Program-made: the position numbers and the translations under genes
Shown here: piece after piece, positions 1 to 8,294 of the stretch
Layout: every line of letters starts with the position of its first letter
Position numbering within the stretch: position 1 is the stretch's first letter
Notes under the pieces: model-generated
The model's input: only the letters and a program-made list of their open reading frames with translations
The model's database searches: none
Told to the model about the DNA's origin: nothing
Virus record (IMG/VR): IMGVR_UViG_3300045988_176633
From: a virus
Strand: one strand, 5' to 3'
DNA: 64,000 bases

Positions 1-286
1 TTTCAGGAACCAATTCGACTAGGGAAGATTTAATACTATTTTCATAGTGATTTCTTATTAAATCTAATCTATCAATCTGCTTTAAAAATTCAAAAGCACT
101 TGACTTTTTACCACATTTAAAACAGTGAAATATAAAAGAAGTGTTGTTATCGCTAAATACAATTCCCCACTTCTTTTCACCTTTGCAGAAAGGACATGCG
201 TTATTCTTGTCCTGAAAAAATCCTCTAGCTCCAAATGGAGTTAGATTTAATTCAGAGATAATCTCATTCCTATCGATCCTAATCAT
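1..286 (-). CDS. DNA primase-like protein, N-terminal zinc-ribbon part (partial; runs off the window start)
   Basis: Not in the ORF track. Hand translation from ATG 284-286 (ATGA overlap with helicase stop) gives MIRIDRNEIISELNLTPFGARGFFQDKNNACPFCKGEKKWGIVFSDNNTSFIFHCFKCGKKSSAFEFLKQ..., open to position 1. It has a CxxC-N20-CxxC zinc ribbon and lies directly downstream of the DnaB-like helicase. Confidence 0.5.
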   Translation of the reverse strand, partial: MIRIDRNEIISELNLTPFGARGFFQDKNNACPFCKGEKKWGIVFSDNNTSFIFHCFKCGKKSSAFEFLKQIDRLDLIRNHYENSIKSSLVELVPE

Positions 287-1737
287 ATCACAGTGACTTC
301 TTGAGTTTCTTTCTTCTTACCCTTACGTAGTTTATCCTTTCTCTCAGGTTTATCGGCAGTCGTTGATATAACTTCGGAACTATCATTGTATAAAGCCATA
401 GTACGCTTACGATTATAGAACCTACCACGACCATAATCAGTAGCGATAGAAAAGATTTCTTGACTACTCTTGTAATCACGAAGTTTGTCAACAAAGATCC
501 TACATTTCTCATCTTTCTTCTCTTGCATTGTAATATTTCCAGTAAATACAAATGAATAAGGCTTCACAAGAGTTCTATCACCTTCAGTATTAGAACGGTC
601 TATATGTTTCATTTCATTATTCCAGACATCCATAGGTACATCACCTGTTTGTGTAGCTGTTATACCAACCATTTTAAATTCGACACAAATATCTTTAAAT
701 AATTGTGAACATTTCTGTAATCTAAACTTAGTAAATTCTGGATCATTGTCTATCTTCTTGTTTACACCAGTCATTAGAAGATCTAACGAATCGACGATCA
801 ATAGTTGTGGAAAATGACCATATACTTTTTGATATTCGATACATAGATTTCGAATATCAACCATTGATGCTTGACCGAATTTTTCAAATCCATAGATATC
901 AATATCTTGACCAAAAGATTTCATATCTCTTAAAGTTTTCATGATCTGTTTTTCATCTTCTTGTTTTAAAAGACCTTTTTTGATGTCTATGTAACTTTGA
1001 TTTGTCCACATTTGATCGTATTTGTCTGTACAAGCATCAACACCACCTTCTAATTGTATGTGTAGCACTGAAATGCTTTCAAGTGCTGCTGCATATCCAT
1101 GCCATTTTAATACGGTTGATTTTCCAACACCAGATCTCATAATCCACAATACCGTATCTCCTGGATCTGCGCCACCATAACTAATATCATCAAGACGATC
1201 AATTCCCAAAGAAACTTTATTTTGGACTTTAGCGAGCTTATTTTCATCATATCTCTTTTTCATCCTTTCTTGAAATCCTTCAAATACTCGAATAAATTTT
1301 CCACCAGTCTTTCGAAGTGATATTTCTAATATTCTTTTACTTTCTTCTGCATTGACTTTAATCGCTTCATCTCTTTTACCTTCTTCGTATAAATCATGAA
1401 CCTTTTTACTAAGAAGTTCAAACTCAGTCTCGCGAATAAAAGATTCTAGTTGATCAATAATTAATTCTTTGTCAACTAAACGAGCCTTTTTAATTTCTTT
1501 GATTGATTCTTGAACAGAATCATTATCAGCATATTTCTGAGCAATAACTCCCAAAGAAGGTGTTACTTCTTTCCCAATGAATTGTTCGACAGCTTCTTTC
1601 AATAGAAACTTATAACCGACCCACTCTTTAGGAATTAATTGATAAGTCATATGACCCGAAACCATTCTCATGATATTCCCATCAATGAACATCAATTTGA
1701 ATAACTCTGCCATAAAATTTTCATTCAACTTTCTCAT
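283..1737 (-). CDS. DnaB-like replicative DNA helicase (RecA-fold ATPase)
   Basis: 484 aa. Walker A MRSGVGKST and Walker B-like QLLIVDSLDLL. Translationally coupled (ATGA) to both neighbours. Confidence 0.8.
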   Translation of the reverse strand: MRKLNENFMAELFKLMFIDGNIMRMVSGHMTYQLIPKEWVGYKFLLKEAVEQFIGKEVTPSLGVIAQKYADNDSVQESIKEIKKARLVDKELIIDQLESFIRETEFELLSKKVHDLYEEGKRDEAIKVNAEESKRILEISLRKTGGKFIRVFEGFQERMKKRYDENKLAKVQNKVSLGIDRLDDISYGGADPGDTVLWIMRSGVGKSTVLKWHGYAAALESISVLHIQLEGGVDACTDKYDQMWTNQSYIDIKKGLLKQEDEKQIMKTLRDMKSFGQDIDIYGFEKFGQASMVDIRNLCIEYQKVYGHFPQLLIVDSLDLLMTGVNKKIDNDPEFTKFRLQKCSQLFKDICVEFKMVGITATQTGDVPMDVWNNEMKHIDRSNTEGDRTLVKPYSFVFTGNITMQEKKDEKCRIFVDKLRDYKSSQEIFSIATDYGRGRFYNRKRTMALYNDSSEVISTTADKPERKDKLRKGKKKETQEVTVI

Positions 1738-4529
1738 ATCGTGTTTATTTGAACCGTTATATGACTATCTTCACGAAGACTATTAATCGCTATGAATGAG
1801 CTCATACAAATATCGTCATGAGCACCAACAGCTTCTAATTTACCTCTGTCACTTCTAAAAGTAATAGAAGAGAATTCACCAAAAACAATCTTCACCATAT
1901 CTCTTGTTGGTCCTACTGCATATGGTATTTTTATTTGACCTCTTTCAAACATTGCCGAAAGACTTGGTAAACCAGTATGAAGATCCTTCTTATTGCCTTC
2001 TGTTGTTGTAAAGGTCTCAATGTTTTTCAAACCTCTTTCCCTTGCTAGTCCACTTAAAATACTTTGAAAACCATTAGCTTCACATACAATTTTATTGGGT
2101 TTGAATAAAGTATTAAATAATACAATTTTATCAACTTGCTCATTGTGACTCATTCCTTTCTGTCTATGGATCGCTATCAAATAATAATTATCCATAAAAT
2201 CGATCCCCCATACTGTGTAAACTGTATAGTCTGCACCGATATTACCAGAAACTGCAAAATCACAACCAACAACAACCCTTTGTAATTTAAATGGAAAGTA
2301 ATCAATGGTATCTGCAAAAGAAATATTTTCCATCCCAACTGTCGATCTCATTAAAAACTCATAAGGGAAAATGGTACTACTATCTGCAATAGGAACTACT
2401 AAGTATTCACGACTAAATACCATTGTACCTAACTCATCTTTTTTCTGAATAATATCATCAAAAGTATATCTATCTGGAGCAAGAGGACGTCCATCTGGAA
2501 ATATTATCGGATACTCAAAGACTGCAAAACGTTTATCAGCTTTAATAATATTATAAAGTTCATTAGGAGCAGTTGAATATGGTGTACCAGAAATCAAGAA
2601 ATACCCATAAGGTTCAACAATGGGACTGATTGTCCCTCGAAAAGTTTCTTTTAATTTTTCTCTCTGTTCATCACTATAAATAGAACTTTCATCTGGCATA
2701 TCATCAACTATAGCTGCACCAACATGTAAACCACGAATCATAGAATCTTTACCACGAACATGTAATATTCCTCCGTTTTCAGTTTCAATCATCGTCTCTC
2801 CTAATTTCGCTTTTTTATTAGGATTAAGTTTGTTACTTAAAATTGGATTTGTCTCTATTTCTTCAATGATTTTCCCAACGTGAACCTTAGCAAGAGTTAT
2901 CATATTAGTAATCAGAGCGGTTTCCTTTCGATTCTTATTATCAATCGTATCACCAGCATAAAAAATTGGTTTTGTATAACTATATAATCTCCATAATGGG
3001 AATGCGTAAGCAAACTCATAACTATTATGAACAACAGTCCCATCTGATAATAAAAATTTATGATCTCCATCTAAAGAAAAACCATAATAATCACCTTTGC
3101 CAACTGGAGTTATTGATAAACTACTTCTACTAAAATCTTGAATTTTCTCAATCTTTAGACATTTCTTTCTTTCGATCTTAGTAGGAATCGTGTCGATATC
3201 TCCAGAAATATTACATTGATATTGGATATTACCTTTTAAATCATATTTTTTACCATTTGTTTTTAATGTTGTACTAACAACTCTTTTTCTAACTGAAACA
3301 CATCTAAATCCTAAAGATAAAGCTAATTGTCTAACATCATTTATTAATCGCTCATTTGAATTCGCAAAAATAAATGACTTTCCTCCATTTTTCTTAGTCT
3401 TCTCTAAAGAACCGTCTGTATCGATAAGACCTGCTAACAATTGAAGTCTCTGTTGTCGAGAACTTCTCATATAAATATCTGGAATATGTTTATTTCTAAG
3501 AACATTTAACTTTTCGAGATTTTCATTAAGAAAATTTCTTTTTGATCCAGGAATATTTACAATACATGAATATAATTCTTTTTGATGAAAAGAACAAAAT
3601 CTTCTTTTGTGAATCCCTCCCAATCTATCAGCATACTGATCCAAATAAAGACAAATCTCTGGATCAATTGTAGTTATAACTTGATTATGAGAATTTCCAT
3701 CACCTAACCATAATCCTAAAAAATAAGGTTCTATAGAAAGAGATTTTTCAGGAAGATCCCAACCCTTAACTCTATATCCATAGATCTTTTTATATCTATA
3801 TAACCATCTTTGAGGAATTTTTTCAACTGGAATCTCCTCTTTACAAATTTCTCTTCCTATATATTTTTTACCTTTCGAACCATGATCAATATATTTTTCT
3901 TTATCCCATTGAATACAAACCAAATGACCCTCATTTACACAATAATCCTTTGCATAAGTCTGATGAATTTTATACATAGGTGCTTTACCTCTATGCAATT
4001 GAAGAACTTTCCTTGGTGTTGAATCTGGTCCCATAACTAAATCACCGACTTTGACGTCTTGAACTTTCTTTAGAGATCCATCATACATAACCACTAACTC
4101 ATTGAGACTCATACATTTCCCAGAACCGCGACTACAAAGATAACTAGACCAAGGAAATAATTGAGTTAAATTCCCCCATTCTAAATTTCTCCATCCCATC
4201 ATAAAATTAGATAAGACAGTCGCACAAAAATAATTGAAAGACAATATTCTCAATCTCTCATCCATAGCTGCAGCTAGATTGTCAATGTACGAAAGATTTT
4301 CAGTATCTAACGATCTACCGAAATTCATTGCCATATCAGTTTGATTAACAATCTCTGTTAGAAGTTTATCTATGTCCTCAGAATAACCTTCTAACAATTG
4401 ATTGATCGAATGTGCAGGCAATCTTTCAATTATATCGTTTGCCGCAGAATATAACCTCCTGTTTTGTAAGAGTGTAAATTTGCTAGCTGGTTTATCTTGT
4501 TCAGTCCAATCTTGTTGTTTGATTATCAT
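1734..4529 (-). CDS. terL: Terminase large subunit, interrupted by an intein
   Basis: 931 aa. The exteins give P-loop SRGSGK/S, Walker B AAIVDDMPDE, coupling motif SGTP, and nuclease-type acidic motifs VVGCDFA, CEANGFQ and AHDDICMS. Confidence 0.85.
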   Translation of the reverse strand: MIIKQQDWTEQDKPASKFTLLQNRRLYSAANDIIERLPAHSINQLLEGYSEDIDKLLTEIVNQTDMAMNFGRSLDTENLSYIDNLAAAMDERLRILSFNYFCATVLSNFMMGWRNLEWGNLTQLFPWSSYLCSRGSGKCMSLNELVVMYDGSLKKVQDVKVGDLVMGPDSTPRKVLQLHRGKAPMYKIHQTYAKDYCVNEGHLVCIQWDKEKYIDHGSKGKKYIGREICKEEIPVEKIPQRWLYRYKKIYGYRVKGWDLPEKSLSIEPYFLGLWLGDGNSHNQVITTIDPEICLYLDQYADRLGGIHKRRFCSFHQKELYSCIVNIPGSKRNFLNENLEKLNVLRNKHIPDIYMRSSRQQRLQLLAGLIDTDGSLEKTKKNGGKSFIFANSNERLINDVRQLALSLGFRCVSVRKRVVSTTLKTNGKKYDLKGNIQYQCNISGDIDTIPTKIERKKCLKIEKIQDFSRSSLSITPVGKGDYYGFSLDGDHKFLLSDGTVVHNSYEFAYAFPLWRLYSYTKPIFYAGDTIDNKNRKETALITNMITLAKVHVGKIIEEIETNPILSNKLNPNKKAKLGETMIETENGGILHVRGKDSMIRGLHVGAAIVDDMPDESSIYSDEQREKLKETFRGTISPIVEPYGYFLISGTPYSTAPNELYNIIKADKRFAVFEYPIIFPDGRPLAPDRYTFDDIIQKKDELGTMVFSREYLVVPIADSSTIFPYEFLMRSTVGMENISFADTIDYFPFKLQRVVVGCDFAVSGNIGADYTVYTVWGIDFMDNYYLIAIHRQKGMSHNEQVDKIVLFNTLFKPNKIVCEANGFQSILSGLARERGLKNIETFTTTEGNKKDLHTGLPSLSAMFERGQIKIPYAVGPTRDMVKIVFGEFSSITFRSDRGKLEAVGAHDDICMSSFIAINSLREDSHITVQINTI
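3024..4115 (-). mobile_element. Intein (364 aa) with LAGLIDADG homing-endonuclease domain, inserted in the TerL P-loop
   Basis: N-terminal junction GSGK|CMSLNEL (Cys1, TGT at 4113-4115). C-terminal junction VVHN|S (AAT at 3024-3026, then AGT Ser). Two LAGLIDADG blocks, LGLWLGDGN and LLAGLIDTDGS. Excision restores GSGKS. Confidence 0.85.
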
Positions 4530-5191
4530 AGTTGAAATTTTTCTCTAAATCTAGTGAATCCTGTTTCTTGCGGAGCATTTGTAATAGATGAGGAAGTATT
4601 TGTCCCTCTCAAGGATTTAACATATTCAATTAATAAGTAAGCATTTGCTTTAGTATCATCCAAAGCTCTATGTGCATTTACAAGATCAATGTTAGACAGT
4701 CCACAACAAGTATGTAACTTATAATCTTGTTGTTCTAATGCAGCCATATGAGCTATCTGCATAGTATCGAGTTGATACTTAACATATTTATCAAGATCGT
4801 CACCTAAATATTCGAACATGTTTTTAACAAAAGGAACGTCAAAACCAACGATATTATGCCCGGCAAGAGTACAGAGTTGTCTGGGATTTTTGTATTTTTT
4901 AAACAACTCTAACCATTTCTTATAAACTTCCTTTAATGAGACTCCTTTTGATTCTTGTATTTCTCTGGTAATACCGTGAACATCTGTGGCTTGTTGTTCA
5001 TATGTTAAACCTTCCTTGTAATCAGGTTCCAAAATCAGAGAACATTCTTCACATACTTCTAATTTCTCCATATCAATAACTACCATAGCGAATTCTACGA
5101 TTGGTACATCGTAAAATGCTTTCTTGTCTTTAGAACACAACCCTCCGGTTTCGAGGTCAAAAACAATAATATATTTACAACTCGTTTTCAT
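4526..5191 (-). CDS. DEDD-family 3'-5' exonuclease (DnaQ/epsilon-like)
   Basis: Exo I IVFDLETGG, Exo II GHNIVGFDVPFV, Exo III HRALDDTKANAYL. Confidence 0.85.
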   Translation of the reverse strand: MKTSCKYIIVFDLETGGLCSKDKKAFYDVPIVEFAMVVIDMEKLEVCEECSLILEPDYKEGLTYEQQATDVHGITREIQESKGVSLKEVYKKWLELFKKYKNPRQLCTLAGHNIVGFDVPFVKNMFEYLGDDLDKYVKYQLDTMQIAHMAALEQQDYKLHTCCGLSNIDLVNAHRALDDTKANAYLLIEYVKSLRGTNTSSSITNAPQETGFTRFREKFQL

Positions 5192-5402
5192 TATTTTGAA
5201 TGTTATAAAGTTTTACACTACAATTTTGCTGTTCTACTTCAACAATTTTATTACCACCTAAATATTCTGGTAACTTACCTCGATTGATATAGCCTAATAC
5301 ATCTCTAGGATTGAATCTTTCGTTTGAATCTTTCTTTGAGAAATTATCATTTAAAAATTTTGTTATGCCTGTTAAATTGGCATTTTTTAATAAATACTTC
5401 AT
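5175..5402 (-). CDS. Hypothetical protein (75 aa)
   Basis: ORF track. Overlaps both neighbours in an operon-like array. No motif recognised. Confidence 0.55.
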   Translation of the reverse strand: MKYLLKNANLTGITKFLNDNFSKKDSNERFNPRDVLGYINRGKLPEYLGGNKIVEVEQQNCSVKLYNIQNNENEL

Positions 5403-5830
5403 ACTTTCATTATCGTCTGAATCTTATCGAAATCTCTATCTCTTGCATCTACGTCATCATAGATGATCCTTAAATTTTTAATAGGGTTGTCTTTGAGGTT
5501 GACCTCTTCTGGCATCTCATTAATATTAAGGATTGCAGCTCCATTACTATCCCAATCTTTACTATAAGTCAATACATAATACTTTGGAAGAGTAATTACT
5601 TTATCACCACTTCCAAGTGTGATAAATTTACTTTTTGACTGTTCAAGATTTCTTTTGAAAAGGAATCTTTTCAAACATTCGTATCGAAATTCTTTAAAAC
5701 TTTCTTCATCTTCTACTTCAATCAATGTCTTTAATTTAGAAGATATAAGACCTGTCGAAGGATTATCTTCGATAATTTTAAGACACAAACTAAGAGCTTT
5801 TATCAAAACCAATCTATGTAACATAATCAC
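5399..5830 (-). CDS. Hypothetical protein (143 aa)
   Basis: ORF track. ATGA-type overlaps at both ends. No motif recognised. Confidence 0.6.
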   Translation of the reverse strand: MIMLHRLVLIKALSLCLKIIEDNPSTGLISSKLKTLIEVEDEESFKEFRYECLKRFLFKRNLEQSKSKFITLGSGDKVITLPKYYVLTYSKDWDSNGAAILNINEMPEEVNLKDNPIKNLRIIYDDVDARDRDFDKIQTIMKV

Positions 5831-6165
5831 TCCCTTTCGTTAAAATCTTCGAACTTGTGACAAGCTGAACAAAGAAGTCTAATATTGTTTTTATCCATCT
5901 TCAATTCAGGATGAGCTCCACGAGACTTTATGTGAGAAAAGAAAATAGGCTTTGGATCGTTTCCAAGGTCTTTTCCACATTTGGTACATTTATGAGGTCT
6001 CTCATTCCATATTTCTTGAAATAAAGATTGAAGATCCCCTCTTCGCTCTCGTGTTACTTCTTTGTCACAATCTTTACACAACCACTTAATCCTATTGTAA
6101 ATCAAATGATTTGTACCACATTTTACACATGGACGAACTTCTTCTTTAACCTTCTTTTTCCACAT
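5827..6165 (-). CDS. Small HNH endonuclease with zinc ribbons
   Basis: CVKCG..CKDC and HKCTKCG zinc knuckles. HNH core FFSHIKSRGAHPELKMDKNNIRLLCSACH. Confidence 0.75.
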   Translation of the reverse strand: MWKKKVKEEVRPCVKCGTNHLIYNRIKWLCKDCDKEVTRERRGDLQSLFQEIWNERPHKCTKCGKDLGNDPKPIFFSHIKSRGAHPELKMDKNNIRLLCSACHKFEDFNERE

Positions 6166-6319
6166 ATTTATGATATTCTCTCATTGCTGATAATATACCT
6201 TGATACACTTCTTCATCAAATAGAACGTTGTCTATCCGATCTTTGTTATAGTTCAATGATTTTGAAATTTCGTTCCACAAAATCATTTCTTCTTCAGTTT
6301 TATACCTTTTCTTTTCCAT
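6146..6319 (-). CDS. Small hypothetical protein (57 aa, below ORF-track cutoff)
   Basis: Hand translation MEKKRYKTEEEMILWNEISKSLNYNKDRIDNVLFDEEVYQGILSAMREYHKYVEKEG. The ATG lies 2 nt after the upstream stop and the ORF fills an otherwise empty gap. It is antisense to the listed + ORF 6028..6321. Confidence 0.4.
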   Translation of the reverse strand: MEKKRYKTEEEMILWNEISKSLNYNKDRIDNVLFDEEVYQGILSAMREYHKYVEKEG

Positions 6320-6321
6320 AA

Positions 6322-6810
6322 TCATTCTGTTTTACATACATAAAAATATTTACAACTCTTACATTTGATCTCATTAAAAAGACTACCAAACGACAAACAT
6401 CTTATGTAACCTCTAGGAGAAGAAAAATCTTTTCGTCGTTGTTCGTCAAAATATCTTTCGCTTATTTTTATCGACTCGTCTTTAATAGGTGATCTCAATT
6501 TATAAGATTGAACAAACTTTGAAGTCATGTATTGTTGTTCTATAGTTCGTTCATCCCATCGTTTCAAAGCGTTCTTACCTATTATATGATTTAATGGTAT
6601 AACAGGAAACCTTGTTCCTGTAATCACTTTAAAACTGAATTGAAACAACAAATATTCCCATAAATCAATACTAAAACTTTCTATCTTATCCAGAAAAGAC
6701 GAAAGAGTTGGTTCTTGTCTCTTATTGATTTTCAGACGAAAACTTGGGTTATTCAAGACCCTGCCTTGAATATACTCATATAACTCAATAAACTTTTCTT
6801 CTAACGACAT
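6322..6810 (-). CDS. Hypothetical protein (162 aa), Cys-rich C-terminus
   Basis: ORF track. First gene after terminator 6840-6862. C-terminal CLSF..CKSCKYFYVC. Confidence 0.6.
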   Translation of the reverse strand: MSLEEKFIELYEYIQGRVLNNPSFRLKINKRQEPTLSSFLDKIESFSIDLWEYLLFQFSFKVITGTRFPVIPLNHIIGKNALKRWDERTIEQQYMTSKFVQSYKLRSPIKDESIKISERYFDEQRRKDFSSPRGYIRCLSFGSLFNEIKCKSCKYFYVCKTE

Positions 6811-6839
6811 ACAATGTTTGTATCTTTAACTTTAAAAGT

Positions 6840-6862
6840 AAAGGATGAACAACTCATCCTTT
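6840..6862 (-). terminator. Rho-independent terminator after the fibre operon
   Basis: Minus strand AAAGGATGA-gttgt-TCATCCTTT followed by ACTTTTAAAG. Confidence 0.6.
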
Positions 6863-6869
6863 CACCTTG

Positions 6870-6900
6870 TAAATATACAAAAATTAACTACTATTCCCAA
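6870..6900 (-). promoter_or_regulatory. Putative Bacteroidota-style promoter (TTG-N20-TATATTTA)
   Basis: Minus strand GTTG-ggaatagtagttaatttttg-TATATTTAC. Same -7-like octamer as at 31407 and 42161. Confidence 0.3.
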
Positions 6901-7451
6901 CTAATTTGAAAAGCAATGGACTCTTCTGTTGCCTTTTCTATAGGTTTGTACCTGTTTTCAGTTGCAGTATCTTTTTCAGCGACATTATTATAATCTTCTA
7001 TCACAGTCTTCTTATCGATAGATCGACACAGCCATAAACCTATTTCTTGATCAATCTCCATATCCCCAATAGTAGCTTTGTCAAGTTCAGTCGCTTGATG
7101 AAATTCAGCGTAAAAAGGTTTACTGAAAATATCTGGGATCATTTCGAAGAAAGATTGTCCTTCATTATTCTTATCAGTCTGAACAGCAGCTAATTGAAAA
7201 GAACCATAACTACCCTCTGGTGTTTCAAACCAGAGTTGAACATTTTTAACCTCAACTCCCAATTCATTTTTCAAAATCAAACCAATATATTGAGTTTTAC
7301 CTTTTACAAGAGAAAGAAGGCTCAATTCATCAAAAACATTGTTATCCTGATCATTGGGTACAGGAGTCGAAGATTTGAAACCACCTAGTGAATTGACTAA
7401 TTTTGATTGTGGATCGTTGTATCCAGAAGATACTGTATAATATAATCTCAT
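6891..7451 (-). CDS. Hypothetical virion/fibre-associated protein
   Basis: ORF track 6891..7484. I prefer the start at Met12 (ATG 7449-7451), which overlaps the upstream TAA as TAATG. Confidence 0.55.
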   Translation of the reverse strand: MRLYYTVSSGYNDPQSKLVNSLGGFKSSTPVPNDQDNNVFDELSLLSLVKGKTQYIGLILKNELGVEVKNVQLWFETPEGSYGSFQLAAVQTDKNNEGQSFFEMIPDIFSKPFYAEFHQATELDKATIGDMEIDQEIGLWLCRSIDKKTVIEDYNNVAEKDTATENRYKPIEKATEESIAFQISWE

Positions 7452-8281
7452 TATTTTGTTGCTTTTAAATTTCCTAAAGCCCAATACTCACTCTTGACCG
7501 TATTATCAATGGTAAATGTACCGTTTGTATTTTTAATACGAGCAATATAAAATTCATTATTTCCTTTTTCGGGAGGGGTTTCTACAGAAGTTTCTTGAAC
7601 TAAAGAAATCTCATAATAATCGTAAATGTAAAGACCTTCTCTCTGAGATTGTGAAAATACACCACCAATAGGAAGAGTTCCTAATACAATCGGTCTTAAA
7701 TTTGATTCTGCGACAAAAGTTGTATTAGAAGTTAATACTAAATTTTGATTATCGATTACATTGACGACTTGATAAATACCGTTATTCAATGGTATAGAAC
7801 CATCGTCTTTTATGAAACGGATACAAGTAGGGGTACTCGTTGATTGACCTCTTACTTTGCCAGAAAAATCTGCAGTACCAGAAACTACACCTTTAGTGTT
7901 AACTGAAACAATACCGAGTTCATAATTTCTAGTTGCGTACGCAATTTTCACCCAATAGAATAAGCTATCGTTAGGAACTTGGATATTATCTTCTACATTG
8001 ATCTTTATAAACTGTCCTAAACTATTGATCGCCATTCCTGGCAAAACCTTGATACTATTTGCAACAGAACCTTGTTGTACGATAAAAGGATCATTATATT
8101 CTACTCCATCAGGAGCAGTTCCACTACCATTGGCTTTAGCTGGATTGTTGGTGATGATACCAAAACTAAATGTTGCTTGTAACAATGCTTGAAAAAGCAT
8201 TTCACTTGCAAAGAAAGATTGGAAATTAACCAATTCTTCTTTCTCTAAGAACATGTTTCTATTAATATTTAATTGACTCAT
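7451..8281 (-). CDS. Hypothetical fibre-associated structural protein (276 aa)
   Basis: ORF track. Immediately downstream of the 1,577-aa fibre gene. Confidence 0.6.
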   Translation of the reverse strand: MSQLNINRNMFLEKEELVNFQSFFASEMLFQALLQATFSFGIITNNPAKANGSGTAPDGVEYNDPFIVQQGSVANSIKVLPGMAINSLGQFIKINVEDNIQVPNDSLFYWVKIAYATRNYELGIVSVNTKGVVSGTADFSGKVRGQSTSTPTCIRFIKDDGSIPLNNGIYQVVNVIDNQNLVLTSNTTFVAESNLRPIVLGTLPIGGVFSQSQREGLYIYDYYEISLVQETSVETPPEKGNNEFYIARIKNTNGTFTIDNTVKSEYWALGNLKATK

Positions 8282-8294
8282 ATATATTAAAAAT

